Positions 54,423 through 64,000 of a stretch of DNA of 64,000 nt are shown in pieces. A program made the position numbers and the translations under genes. Source of the stretch: an uncultured Pseudomonadota bacterium (GTDB lineage Bacteria > Pseudomonadota > Gammaproteobacteria > Burkholderiales > JALYOK01); the NCBI GenBank assembly GCA_902826775.1, contig CADEHE010000006.1:37238-101237 (forward strand), written 5' to 3'. Position 1 is the first letter of the stretch. Each line of letters opens with the position of its first letter. Below the pieces are notes generated by a model. The model was not told the origin of the DNA and searched no databases. It saw nothing but the letters and a program-made list of their open reading frames with translations.

Positions 54423-57400
54423 ATGATCAAGAAAACCTGGCTTACATTGTGGCGCGCCAGCCTGGTGCTGGCGGCGATTGCCGCGATCCTGATCGCCGCT
54501 GCCGGGTTGGCGCTGCGTTTCTGGATCATGCCCGGGGTGGAGCAATACAAGCCGCGCATCGTGCAAGCGATAAGTGACGCCACCGGCCTTAGCGCTCGCC
54601 TGACGCAGGTCAGTGCGCGCTGGGACGGCTTGCGCCCCGTGCTTACGCTGCAAGGCATCGAGTTCTACGATGCCGAAGGGCGCAGCGTACTGCGCTTCAA
54701 TCGTGTCGAGGGGGTGTTGTCATGGTGGAGCGTGCCCGCGCTAAAACCGCAGTTCGTCGCGCTTGAGATCGCGCAGCCGAACCTGGTGGTTAGGCGCGAT
54801 CCGCAAGGGCGCGTCTTTATTGCCGGCGTGCTGCTCAGCGATCAGCAGTCAGGGCAGTCCGGTTTTGGCGAATGGCTGCTGCACCAACCCAGTATCTCGG
54901 TGCGCGGGGCCGAACTCGAGTGGATCGACGAACTGCGCGGCAAAGCACCGCTGAAACTGAGCGACACCGATCTGACGCTCGAAAATCATGGCAGCGAGCG
55001 CAAGTTGAGTCTGCGCGCGCGGCCGCCGGCGCACCTGGCTGCAGAAGTGCAACTGGTGGCCGAACTGCGTGGTACCGATCCAAGAAAGTTGGAACAGTGG
55101 TCCGGCAAGGTATACGCCGCGGCCACCAGCGCCAACTTGGTAACGATCAACGACTATTTGGCAGTCGATAGCAAGCTCAAGTCCGGCCTCGGCAGCGTTA
55201 AGGCTTGGGTCGACTTGGACAACGGCAGCATCGGTGCAGTAACCGCGGAAGTCGATTTGCGCGATGTAAACGCACGCCTGCGTGAGGATCTCGCCACGCT
55301 CAACTTAACCAACCTCGCCGGCCGTTTCGCCTACACCCAGAATTCGCAGCAGCGCCAGCTTGTAACGCAAGGCTTGCAGGGGCAGTTTGCCAGCCCTCGC
55401 GTAGGCTTAGCGTCGACTAATCTGGAGCTGACCTTGCAAGCGTCGTCTGGCAATGGCACCGAACAGGGATCGCTCAAAGCCAACCAAATTGATCTCGGGG
55501 CGGTGGTGGCGCTCGCGGCTGCACTGCCGTTGCCTGAGGCGGACCGCGAACGTTTGCGGACTTGGATGCCGGCCGGCGTTCTGAGCGCGGTGGAGGCGCG
55601 CTGGGAAGGGTTGGAGCAACCCGGACGCCGCTTTTCTTTGCGCGGTCGTTTCGTCGACCTGAGCTGGCGTGCCGTCGACTACGTGCCTGGGGCGAATGGC
55701 CTGACCGGCAGCTTGGATGCCACAGAAACTGGCGGGACGATTTCAATCGATAGCGGCAAGAGCGCGTTGAGCTTGCCGAAAGTTTTCGCCGAAACGCTGC
55801 GTTTCGATAGTTTGAGTGCGCAAGCGAGCTGGCAGCGCGAGGGTGTGCAGACCGTGGTCAAGATCGAGAACGTCGGCTTCGCCAATGCGGACGTGGCCGG
55901 CAGTGTGTTTGGCAGTTACAAGACTGCGCCGCCAACTCCAGCCAATCAGCCGGCGCCAAAGCGCGCGCCGGGTTGGATTGATCTAAGCGGAAAGATTGTG
56001 CGTGCGCGCGGCGAGAATGTTGAGCGTTACGTGCCGCTGGTGCTCGGGCCGCGCGTGCGCGCCTGGCTTGATCGCGCTATCGAGACCGGGCGCGGCAAAG
56101 ACGCGACGCTCACACTGAAGGGAGATCTATACCACTTTCCTTTTGCCGACGATCAGCACGGTATTTTCGACATCGCCGCGCAAGTGGAGGACGTACGGCT
56201 ATGGTACGCGAACGGCTGGCCGAAAATCGAGCGCACCAATGGAAAACTGCATTTCCGCGGCGCGCGCATGGAGATTACCGGTGAGGGGAGCATGTTCGGC
56301 GCGCGCGCACAGAACGTGCGAGCCGTCATCCCGGTGCTCGGCAATCACAAGGAACAGTTGCAGATTACAGGTGACGCCAGCGCGCCGCTGCAGGATGCAT
56401 TGCAGTTCATCGCTCACAGCCCGATCAACGAACGTTTGCGCGGGCGCACGCTCGGCTTGCGCGGCAGCGGCGCAGGCAAACTGAGACTGCAGCTCGATGT
56501 GCCGCTGCGCGAACCGCAACTGACGAAAGTCGCCGGCGAATACGAATTTCAAGGCAATGCGCTCGATGATCAGCAGCGCGGCTTTCCGGCGCTGGCGCAG
56601 TTGAAGGGCAAACTGCAATTCACCAAAGACAGCGTGAGCGCGCAGGCTTTAAGTGCGATCTGCCTTGGCGCTCCGGTGAGCGTCGATCTGAATTCCGGCC
56701 AGCAGGGCATTGAAATCACTGCCAAGGGCGAAGCGGATTTGGCACGTCTGCACGCCGAGTACGGCCATGCCTTGCTGAAAGGCTTAACCGGTCGCGCGCG
56801 CTGGAACGGCAAAATGCAGCTCGACGCGCAGGCGTTGCGGCTGGATATTGCCGCGAGCGGAGATTTATTCGGGGCACCAGCAAAGTTCACTGTTGCGCGT
56901 GCGGCCGACGGTGTGCTGAAGATTGACGGGCGCGGGTCGGCGCGGCAAACCGAATTGGCAAAGGCGCTGCCGGAAGTCGACTGGACCTTGATCGATACCG
57001 TCGGTGATTGGCACGCTCAGATCAGCGTGACCGGCGCCAAGACGCAGATTCAACTCGACGCGGACGCCGTGGTGCTGGGTCAACCCGCGCGCATTGAAGT
57101 GCAGGGGCCAAGTGAAAATCTGCGGGTGGCCGCTCGCGGCAGCGTCGAGGCCAGACGATTGGCGCAGAACTATCCGGGCGTGTGGGCGAGCCGCGTGTCG
57201 GGCGAGACAGAATGGCGCGCCGAGTTGCAAGGTTTTGCGGCCGCTGCGGGCGGGCAAGGCAGCAACGGCGCGAAGCCGAAACCGAGTATGCGCATCACTT
57301 CAGACCTGCGCGGCATCACCTCCATGTTGCCGGCTCCATTCGCCAAAGGCGCGCTGGAAGCTTTGCCACTGAGCATCGATATCCTTCCCATGCAGGCCAA

Positions 57401-58763
57401 CGAAGACTTGTTGCGCATCGCGCTCGGCGATCGTGCTGGCGCGCAATTCGTGCGAGCGCGCGAAGCGAACGGGCGCGTCGCCGTGCCGCGCGCGGCGATT
57501 CAGTTTGGCGCCGCCGCGCCGGCGCCAGTGGCCGCGGGGCTCACCGTGGCCGGCAGCGTGCAGGATTTCGACCTCGGCGCCTGGCTAGATTTGCAGCGCG
57601 ACGCTGCTGCGCCGAGGGTGGTCGCTGTGCCCGCGAGCCGAAGCGCTCTTGCGTTGCCCGCGCTGCGAGCGATCGACATTCGCGCGAAGAATTTTGCCGC
57701 GATTGGCCGCGTGTTTAACGACGTGAGCATGAGCGTGCGCGCGCAAGGCGGCGGCTGGCAGGTCGCGCTGCAAGGCGAACAGTTGCAGGGAAGAATTAAT
57801 TGGCTCCCTCCAGGCGGGAACAGCGCGGCGAGCGGCAAGCTAACCGGCGTATTTGACCGCATTTACATGCCCGCTGCGCCGCCACAAGCGAAGGCCGCCG
57901 CTGTCAGCAAAGTGCCGCTGCGCCCTAATGAGTTTCCGGCGCTGGATTTCTCCGTGCAAGCGTTTCAAATCAAACAGCGCCGCTTGGGCGCGCTTACTCT
58001 GTTGGCTTCGCCTGAAGGCAGCACCTGGCGCATCAACAAGTTGCTATTGACCAGTCCCGCCGCCGAGCTTTCAGCCACAGGCCTGTGGAGCGGGGTCAAC
58101 GTGACGCCGGGTACCGGCATCGAGGGCAACTGGAAAATCTCCGATCTCGGCGCGTTCATGGATGCGATGGGGTACCCGGCGACCATCGCCGGCGGCCAAG
58201 CCGAGTTGCAGGGGCGTTTGGCTTGGGCGGGTGCGCCGTTTGATTTCGATCCTGCGACTCTAGGCGGTGAACTCAAGCTCAGCGCCAAAGAGGGGCGCTT
58301 TCTCAAGGCCGATCCCGGCGCCGGAAAGCTGCTGTCTCTCATTAGCCTGCAGGCGTTGCCACGGCGTATCACGCTCGATTTTCGTGACGTGTTCAGCGAG
58401 GGCTTCGCCTTCGACGCGATCAAGGCGCGCGTTGCCATCGCACTCGGCGTGCTGCGCACCGACGACTTCGAAATGAAGGGCACCGGCGCGCGTGTGCGCA
58501 TGGTCGGCGCAGCCGATGCACGCGCGGAAACACAGAACCTGCGCATCAAAGTGCTGCCGTCGTTGGGGGGCACGGTGGCCGTGGCAGGCACTATCGCGGG
58601 AGGGCCGGTGGCAGGGGTCGGGGCCTATGTGTTGCAGAAGCTGCTGAAAGAGCCTTTCGATGAGATCCTGGCCTATGAGTACGACATCAGCGGTTCGTGG
58701 GACGATCCGCAGGTCAAGAAAGTGCCGCGAGCGACACCGCCGGAGCGGCCGCGGCCGCGTTGA
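54423..58763 (+). CDS. yhdP: YhdP family (DUF3971 / AsmA2-like) envelope lipid-transport protein
   Basis: 1446 aa. N-terminal TM anchor, long beta-rich body, and a C-terminal GAGKLLSLISLQALPRRITLDFRDVFSEGFAFD block typical of the TIGR02099 family. Confidence 0.88.
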   Translation: MIKKTWLTLWRASLVLAAIAAILIAAAGLALRFWIMPGVEQYKPRIVQAISDATGLSARLTQVSARWDGLRPVLTLQGIEFYDAEGRSVLRFNRVEGVLSWWSVPALKPQFVALEIAQPNLVVRRDPQGRVFIAGVLLSDQQSGQSGFGEWLLHQPSISVRGAELEWIDELRGKAPLKLSDTDLTLENHGSERKLSLRARPPAHLAAEVQLVAELRGTDPRKLEQWSGKVYAAATSANLVTINDYLAVDSKLKSGLGSVKAWVDLDNGSIGAVTAEVDLRDVNARLREDLATLNLTNLAGRFAYTQNSQQRQLVTQGLQGQFASPRVGLASTNLELTLQASSGNGTEQGSLKANQIDLGAVVALAAALPLPEADRERLRTWMPAGVLSAVEARWEGLEQPGRRFSLRGRFVDLSWRAVDYVPGANGLTGSLDATETGGTISIDSGKSALSLPKVFAETLRFDSLSAQASWQREGVQTVVKIENVGFANADVAGSVFGSYKTAPPTPANQPAPKRAPGWIDLSGKIVRARGENVERYVPLVLGPRVRAWLDRAIETGRGKDATLTLKGDLYHFPFADDQHGIFDIAAQVEDVRLWYANGWPKIERTNGKLHFRGARMEITGEGSMFGARAQNVRAVIPVLGNHKEQLQITGDASAPLQDALQFIAHSPINERLRGRTLGLRGSGAGKLRLQLDVPLREPQLTKVAGEYEFQGNALDDQQRGFPALAQLKGKLQFTKDSVSAQALSAICLGAPVSVDLNSGQQGIEITAKGEADLARLHAEYGHALLKGLTGRARWNGKMQLDAQALRLDIAASGDLFGAPAKFTVARAADGVLKIDGRGSARQTELAKALPEVDWTLIDTVGDWHAQISVTGAKTQIQLDADAVVLGQPARIEVQGPSENLRVAARGSVEARRLAQNYPGVWASRVSGETEWRAELQGFAAAAGGQGSNGAKPKPSMRITSDLRGITSMLPAPFAKGALEALPLSIDILPMQANEDLLRIALGDRAGAQFVRAREANGRVAVPRAAIQFGAAAPAPVAAGLTVAGSVQDFDLGAWLDLQRDAAAPRVVAVPASRSALALPALRAIDIRAKNFAAIGRVFNDVSMSVRAQGGGWQVALQGEQLQGRINWLPPGGNSAASGKLTGVFDRIYMPAAPPQAKAAAVSKVPLRPNEFPALDFSVQAFQIKQRRLGALTLLASPEGSTWRINKLLLTSPAAELSATGLWSGVNVTPGTGIEGNWKISDLGAFMDAMGYPATIAGGQAELQGRLAWAGAPFDFDPATLGGELKLSAKEGRFLKADPGAGKLLSLISLQALPRRITLDFRDVFSEGFAFDAIKARVAIALGVLRTDDFEMKGTGARVRMVGAADARAETQNLRIKVLPSLGGTVAVAGTIAGGPVAGVGAYVLQKLLKEPFDEILAYEYDISGSWDDPQVKKVPRATPPERPRPR

Positions 58764-58829
58764 GCAAATTATGGCGGGCGGCAAGAGTCAGCGAGAGCAC
58801 TTTGGCACTGTGGATAAAACGAGGTCAGG

Positions 58830-59717
58830 ATGGGCATGACACCCGCATCGAGTTTTGGTAAAGCCAAACCGCTGCCAGGAATTTTCCGTGTGGCGGCTGT
58901 GCAGATGGCGTCGGGTCCGCAGGTGGCTGCGAATTTGGCCGAGGCGGGCCGCTTGATCTCCATGGCTGCCACACAGGGCGCGCGCTTGGTGGCGCTGCCG
59001 GAAAATTTCGCGCTGATGGGCCTTCGGGAGAATGACAAATTCGCCGTGAAGGAGGCGCCCGGGCAAGGACCCATACAGGATTTCTTGAGTCAGGAGGCGC
59101 GCCGGCACAAGATTTGGTTGGTGGGCGGTTCTATTCCGCTACAAGCCAGCAGCGCGAATAAAGTGCGCAACACCTGCTTGGTGTACGACGACCAAGGCAA
59201 GTTGACGGCGCGCTACGACAAGATCCATCTGTTCGGCTTCGATATGGGCACCGAGCACTATCGTGAAGCGAACTCGGTCGAAGCGGGCGAGCGCATCGTG
59301 GTTGTAGACGCGCCGTTCGGCCGCCTCGGAGTCTCGATTTGCTATGATCTGCGTTTCCCCGAGTTGTATCGCAGCATGTCCGATCTCTGCGCGATTGTCG
59401 CGCCTTCTGCTTTCACCGAGACGACCGGCCGCGCGCATTGGGAAGTGCTAGTGCGAGCGCGCGCGATCGAGAATTTGGCGTATGTGATTGCGCCGGCGCA
59501 GGGTGGCTATCATCTGTCCGGGCGTGAAACGCACGGCGACACCATGATTGTCGATCCATGGGGTGTAGTGCTTGACCGCTTGCCGCGGGGCTCCGGGGTT
59601 GTGCTGGGCAATATCAACCCCACCTACCAAGCAAGTTTGCGCAAGAACTTGCCCGCTTTGGCGCATCGCGCTTTGTCTATAGAAGGACGCACGCTCGCTG
59701 CAGCGAGCCCACGTTGA
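58830..59717 (+). CDS. Carbon-nitrogen hydrolase (nitrilase superfamily, Nit-like)
   Basis: 295 aa with E-K-C triad contexts (ALPENF, YDKIHLF, GVSICYDLRFPE). Confidence 0.9.
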   Translation: MGMTPASSFGKAKPLPGIFRVAAVQMASGPQVAANLAEAGRLISMAATQGARLVALPENFALMGLRENDKFAVKEAPGQGPIQDFLSQEARRHKIWLVGGSIPLQASSANKVRNTCLVYDDQGKLTARYDKIHLFGFDMGTEHYREANSVEAGERIVVVDAPFGRLGVSICYDLRFPELYRSMSDLCAIVAPSAFTETTGRAHWEVLVRARAIENLAYVIAPAQGGYHLSGRETHGDTMIVDPWGVVLDRLPRGSGVVLGNINPTYQASLRKNLPALAHRALSIEGRTLAAASPR

Positions 59718-59723
59718 GGTCTT

Positions 59724-61190
59724 ATGAATTCAGTCACTACGCTGCACACTGCCACTAATCTGCTGCTTGCTCCCTATAACTTGGATCAGCATGCGTTGCA
59801 GAAAGTATTTGGCTCGATCATGACGCACGCGGTGGACTACGCCGATCTGTATTTTCAGTACAGCCGTTCGGAAGCCTGGAGTCTGGAAGAGGGCATGGTC
59901 AAGTCCGGCAGCTTCGATATCGATCAAGGCGTCGGCGTGCGCGCCATCAGCGGCGAGAAAACAGCGTTCGCTTACTCCGATGACATCAATCTTGAAGCAT
60001 TGGAGAGCGCGGCCGGCGCCACGCGCGCTATAGGGCGCGCCGGCGCAGCCGGCGCTTTGGCAGTTTCCGGCGCAGCCGGCGCTTTGGCGGTTTCCGGCGC
60101 AGCGGCGCGCAGACTTTATTTGCCCAACGACCCCATCGCGAGTTTGACGGATGATGCCAAGATCGCTTTGCTGGAAAAACTCGAGCGCTATGCGCGCAAA
60201 CTCGATGCGCGTGTGAGCCAGGTTATGGCGAGTCTTGCGGGCGAGTTCGAGGTTGTGCTGGTTGCGCGCAACGACGGCTTCGTCGGCGCCGATGTGCGCC
60301 CCCTGGTGCGGCTATCGGTAAACGTGATCGCCGAGGAAAACGGCGTGCGCGAGCAGGGCAGCGCCGGCGGCGGCGGGCGCTTTGACTACGCTTACTTCAG
60401 CGATGAGATTTTGCAGCAGTACGCCGAACATGCCGTGCATCAGGCGATCACCAACTTGCGCGCCAAGCCCGCGCCCGCCGGCACGATGACTGTGGTGCTC
60501 GGCTCGGGCTGGCCCGGCATCCTCTTGCATGAGGCGATCGGTCACGGTTTAGAGGGCGACTTCAACCGCAAAGGCAGTTCCGCCTTCAGTGGGCGTATCG
60601 GCGAGCGCGTCGCCGCGCCCGGTGTAACTGTGCTTGATGATGGCACGCTTGAAAAGCGGCGCGGCTCGCTCAACATGGACGATGAAGGCAACCCAACGCA
60701 ATCCACGACGCTGATCGAGAACGGCGTGCTGGTCGGTTACATTCAAGACAGCCTCAACGCGCGCCTGATGAACATGCCGTTGACCGGCAACGGTCGGCGC
60801 GAATCCTTCGCGCACATACCGATGCCGCGCATGACCAACACTTACATGTTGAACGGTGACAAAGATCCGCAAGAGATTATCGCTTCCGTCAAGAACGGTT
60901 TGTACGCGGTGAACTTCGGCGGCGGGCAAGTCGATATCACCAGCGGCAAATTCGTGTTTTCCGCTGCGGAAGCCTACATTATCGAAAACGGCAAAATCGG
61001 TGCGCCGGTCAAAGGCGCGACGCTTATCGGCAACGGTCCTGACGTGCTTACGCGCGTGGCCATGATGGGTAACGACATGAAGCTGGACCCCGGCGTCGGC
61101 ACCTGCGGTAAGGATGGACAAAGCGTGCCGGTGGGTGTGGGGCAACCCACGCTGCGAATCGACGGTCTGACGGTGGGCGGCACGGGTTAG
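59724..61190 (+). CDS. tldD: Metalloprotease TldD
   Basis: 488 aa. HEAIGHGLEGD zinc motif. Conserved C-terminal GTCGKDGQSVPVG. Confidence 0.95.
   Translation: MNSVTTLHTATNLLLAPYNLDQHALQKVFGSIMTHAVDYADLYFQYSRSEAWSLEEGMVKSGSFDIDQGVGVRAISGEKTAFAYSDDINLEALESAAGATRAIGRAGAAGALAVSGAAGALAVSGAAARRLYLPNDPIASLTDDAKIALLEKLERYARKLDARVSQVMASLAGEFEVVLVARNDGFVGADVRPLVRLSVNVIAEENGVREQGSAGGGGRFDYAYFSDEILQQYAEHAVHQAITNLRAKPAPAGTMTVVLGSGWPGILLHEAIGHGLEGDFNRKGSSAFSGRIGERVAAPGVTVLDDGTLEKRRGSLNMDDEGNPTQSTTLIENGVLVGYIQDSLNARLMNMPLTGNGRRESFAHIPMPRMTNTYMLNGDKDPQEIIASVKNGLYAVNFGGGQVDITSGKFVFSAAEAYIIENGKIGAPVKGATLIGNGPDVLTRVAMMGNDMKLDPGVGTCGKDGQSVPVGVGQPTLRIDGLTVGGTG
60041..60106 (+). repeat. 27-bp in-frame tandem duplication (2.4 copies) inside tldD
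   Basis: GGCGCAGCCGGCGCTTTGGC(A/G)GTTTCC twice, then a partial copy. Encodes GAAGALAVS GAAGALAVS GAA. Confidence 0.85.
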
Positions 61191-61268
61191 ATACTAAGCG
61201 CCAGATAAGGAGCTGAATATCGAGCGTATCGAGCGACGCCATGAACGAGATGCAACTAGCCACTGTAA

Positions 61269-61511
61269 ATGCTAATGCTAAGCCCCCATTTTTCTGAGTC
61301 CGTGCCCGGATCCGGCCTGGTAGGCACGTTGAAGTTTGTCGCGCTGTTGGCGCTCGGCGGTTTCGCTACGCTCGGCGCCCTGTTCGTGCTCGAGCTGCTG
61401 CCGTTCGCGACGGTGGTTACGCTTGCAATCAAGGTCGTCGCGCTCGCGCTGATCGCGAGCGTGGCATTGGTACTAATGGCGGTGCTGCTGCACGCGGGCA
61501 AGCGCGGCTAA
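61269..61511 (+). CDS. Small hypothetical membrane protein (2 TM)
   Basis: 80 aa with two hydrophobic segments and GC-rich third positions. Ends 13 nt before the DAHP synthase start. No recognisable family. Confidence 0.45.
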   Translation: MLMLSPHFSESVPGSGLVGTLKFVALLALGGFATLGALFVLELLPFATVVTLAIKVVALALIASVALVLMAVLLHAGKRG

Positions 61512-61524
61512 GGGAGTTGGAAAC

Positions 61525-62649
61525 GTGATTCTGATTTTGAGTGAAAACACTGATGTAGTCAGCGAAGAGTATCGGCAGCTGCTGGAGACGTTATCGGCAT
61601 TGCCGGGTATCAAGCATCGCGTGCACCACGTCGCCGGCGCGGAGCGTGGCGTCACGGAAATCTATCTGATCGGCAACACCAAGGCGCTGGAAGTGGAAGA
61701 TATGCGCTCCTTGCCGTGCGTGGACAAGGTCGTGCGGGTGTCGCAGGAGTATCGCGTGTTGGGACGCCATAAGGGCGATGACCGGCCGAGCTACTTCGAC
61801 TACAAGGGCGTGCGTTTCGGGCAAGACACGCTGCACGTGTTTGCCGGGCTTTGCGCCGTCGACACGCCGGAGCACGTCGAAATGATGCTGCGCGCGCTGC
61901 GCGATGCTGGCCAGGTTTGCACGCGCATGGGCGCCTACAAGCCGCGCACCAGTCCTTACGCGTTCCAGGGGCACGGCAAGGATTGCTTGCCCTATGTGTT
62001 CGAGTTGGCGGGCAAATACGGCATCAAAGTGATCGCCATGGAAGTCACGCACGAGACGCATGTCGATGAGATCCGCGCGGCACTCGCACAAACCGGCGAC
62101 CCGACCGGCGTGATGCTGCAGATCGGCACGCGCAACACGCAGAACTTTGAGTTGTTGAAGGCGGTCGGGCGGCAGCGCGAATTCCCGGTGTTAATCAAGC
62201 GTGGCTTCGGCATCACGCTCGACGAGTCGCTCAACGCGGCCGAGTATCTCGCTTCAGAGGGCAATCAGCGTGTGGTGTTCGGACTGCGCGGCATGAAGAC
62301 CAACATGGGTGATCCGCATCGAAACTTGGTGGATTTCAGTCATGTGCCGGTGGTCAGACGGCTGACACGCATGCCCGTATGTGTCGATCCGTCACACTCA
62401 GTCGGCAGCCGCAGCGTGGGGCCGGACGGCATACTCGACGTCATGCATGTCACGGCTCAAGGCGTACTGGCGGGCGCCAACATGGTACTAGTGGATTTCC
62501 ACCCAGTGCCGAGCAAGGCGCTGGTCGATGGCCCGCAGGCTTTGCTGTTAAGCGAATTGGCCATGTTCCTCGACGACGTGCGTCTCGCGCGCGAGGCCTA
62601 TTTGAAGCGAGTGGCCTCGGTGCACCAGCACGCGCTGGCGCACACGTAG
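61525..62649 (+). CDS. 3-deoxy-7-phosphoheptulonate (DAHP) synthase, type I-beta with an N-terminal regulatory domain
   Basis: GTG start after AAGGGAG. An N-terminal ~70-aa ferredoxin-like domain is followed by GPCAV-type core blocks (FAGLCAVD, RMGAYKPRTSPYAFQG, DPSHS). Confidence 0.88.
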   Translation: MILILSENTDVVSEEYRQLLETLSALPGIKHRVHHVAGAERGVTEIYLIGNTKALEVEDMRSLPCVDKVVRVSQEYRVLGRHKGDDRPSYFDYKGVRFGQDTLHVFAGLCAVDTPEHVEMMLRALRDAGQVCTRMGAYKPRTSPYAFQGHGKDCLPYVFELAGKYGIKVIAMEVTHETHVDEIRAALAQTGDPTGVMLQIGTRNTQNFELLKAVGRQREFPVLIKRGFGITLDESLNAAEYLASEGNQRVVFGLRGMKTNMGDPHRNLVDFSHVPVVRRLTRMPVCVDPSHSVGSRSVGPDGILDVMHVTAQGVLAGANMVLVDFHPVPSKALVDGPQALLLSELAMFLDDVRLAREAYLKRVASVHQHALAHT

Positions 62650-62742
62650 AACACTCTTAGTTCGCTCCCGTTCTCTTAGGTGTTGGCGTTTGGCCGGCGC
62701 CGTGTGATTCGAAGGCTTGATCTGCCGGGACTTCAGTAGCCG

Positions 62743-63012
62743 CTAGCGCCGCCATGTCGGCCTGGCGCTCGGCGGCCTGCGCTCGGCGTTCTCATCCTTG
62801 TGGCGAAAATTGATGCGGCCCTTGCTTAGATCGTAAGGCGACATCTCTAGCGTTACGGTGTCGCCGGCCAGTATGCGAATGCGGTGTTTTCGCATGTTGC
62901 CTGATGCGTATGCGGTTATGCCTACGCCGTTCGTAAGGGTCACGCGGAATCGCGCATTGGGAAGCACCTCGCTCACCACGCCCTGCATTTCAACCAATTC
63001 TTCTTTCGCCAT
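62743..63012 (-). CDS. infA: Translation initiation factor IF-1 paralogue with a basic C-terminal extension
   Basis: [29 protein letters not shown]...[29 protein letters not shown] plus [17 protein letters not shown]. 89 aa against about 72 for canonical IF-1. Confidence 0.9.
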   Translation of the reverse strand: MAKEELVEMQGVVSEVLPNARFRVTLTNGVGITAYASGNMRKHRIRILAGDTVTLEMSPYDLSKGRINFRHKDENAERRPPSARPTWRR

Positions 63013-63122
63013 GCTCTTTCCTATTCCGTTGCTTCAGTAGTGCCTAGCGGCTTGCGGCCTGCGCTAGCAGCGAGTGAGGCAGCCCTCGTGCCCAGCTTAG
63101 GCGCGGCTAGGCATGATCTCGC

Positions 63123-63389
63123 TCACAGCTCCGGCGGCTGTAGCGGACTGCGTCGAATCGCCTCGACGCCATCGCCGTAAGTGCTGCCTGGCGTCAAACC
63201 GAGCCGTAAGCACGTGCTGCTTGGCAGGAGGTTTGCGCACCCAACGAGGTACGGCGCCATCGCCTCGATTGTTGCTTGATCGTGCGCGTCAACCGCGGCA
63301 AGAAATGTGTCGCGCACTTGCGGTGAAGCAAAACGCTTTGCGAGTAAGGGTTTGGCAATCAAAGTACGGAGCTCCACGGAGTCAGTCAC
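63123..63389 (-). CDS. Hypothetical protein (weak call)
   Basis: 88-aa ORF with a GTG start, no recognisable motif and no clear RBS. Its composition is less GC3-biased than neighbours. Confidence 0.3.
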   Translation of the reverse strand: MTDSVELRTLIAKPLLAKRFASPQVRDTFLAAVDAHDQATIEAMAPYLVGCANLLPSSTCLRLGLTPGSTYGDGVEAIRRSPLQPPEL

Positions 63390-63737
63390 AAGCGCTCGGT
63401 GGCCAGCCGTTAAAATCGCGCAACATTTGCGTCGGCAAGAAAACGCCGCGAGAAATGCCAGGCTCAGCGCTAAACACGCGACGCAAATTCAAGCGCCGTT
63501 GCATTCAGCTCAAACGAACAGTGCGCGCGGACTCGGCGGTGGCAATGATCGTGCCTACGGCGCACTATCGCACACTCTACACTATCGATGCGTGAATACC
63601 TAGATAAATAAGCAAATATGCGACAAAGCCTTGACTTTGCTTGCCGGGCACCCACCCGATAGCCCTGAACCAGATTTGTCTTGCTTTATCCTGGGGCCGG
63701 CATCAGACTGATTTGTTGTTCATGTGACGGGTGCGAA

Positions 63738-64000
63738 ATGCCCTGCGTGTTCGAGTACGAAGTTAAGTTCCAGAACATCGCAGTGACGGGCGGAGTGCCG
63801 TTGCGAATTCGCTCGCTGCTTGACCGCAACCAATTCCATGATCCTGATGGCGAGGCGGCGGCGTTGGGCATAGACGATGCTGCTTGGTCGATGTTCGGCC
63901 AAGTCTGGCCTTCAAGCCTGGTGTTGGCCGATGTGGTCCAAGCGCATGAACTGCGTGGTAAGCGCATTCTCGAAATCGGGTGCGGGCTGGCCATTCCAAG
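63738..64000 (+). CDS. Class I SAM-dependent methyltransferase, 5' part (runs off the window)
   Basis: My own translation from the ATG at 63738: MPCVFEYEVKFQNIAVTGGVPLRIRSLLDRNQFHDPDGEAAALGIDDAAWSMFGQVWPSSLVLADVVQAHELRGKRILEIGCGLAIP. ILEIGCGLAIP is SAM-binding motif I. It is absent from the ORF track because there is no stop in the window. Confidence 0.7.
   Translation, partial: MPCVFEYEVKFQNIAVTGGVPLRIRSLLDRNQFHDPDGEAAALGIDDAAWSMFGQVWPSSLVLADVVQAHELRGKRILEIGCGLAIP

Noticed and set aside
1-64000. tRNA, rRNA and tmRNA genes and insertion sequences
   Set aside because: I scanned the intergenic regions for T-arm-like GGTTCGA(A/G)TCC motifs and terminal inverted repeats. The only GGTTCGAA lies inside the ligD coding sequence. 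None were called.

Overview
High-GC (by eye above 60%) proteobacterial chromosomal DNA. The synteny ilvE / zf-CHCC / glnE / yhdP / nit / tldD / DAHP synthase / infA paralogue suggests a betaproteobacterium. I call about 50 protein genes, one clear pseudogene, and no rRNA, tRNA, CRISPR array, transposase or integrase. Layout: (1) a partial type II secretion operon gspC-D-E-F ending in a small lipoprotein (0.1-6.6 kb). (2) A secreted DUF4331 / lipoprotein / TPR trio. (3) An IorAB-type periplasmic molybdoenzyme with XdhC and MocA-like maturation genes plus an ECF sigma/anti-sigma pair. (4) ku with an HTH-TPR gene. (5) A translationally coupled pair: a small protein ending in Gly-Gly-stop and an 833-aa DUF4132 protein. 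(6) An accessory catabolic/transport block with an amidase, a second IorAB-type enzyme, a GGT-family protein, a split TRAP transporter with two tandem substrate-binding paralogues, an NhaD-type antiporter and a frameshifted SDR. (7) ligD, 17.5 kb from ku. (8) A low-GC islet with an orphan colicin-type immunity gene. (9) Two large secreted proteins, a PQQ-sugar-dehydrogenase-like propeller and an HzsA-like protein with two CXXCH motifs, that share a roughly 100-aa two-cysteine repeat module and bracket core genes. (10) Core housekeeping genes to the right edge. The best candidates for undescribed biology are the GG-terminated small protein + DUF4132 pair, the shared repeat module with the HzsA-like haem protein, and the ku + HTH-TPR pairing. 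All family assignments come from motif recognition by eye; no database search was run.
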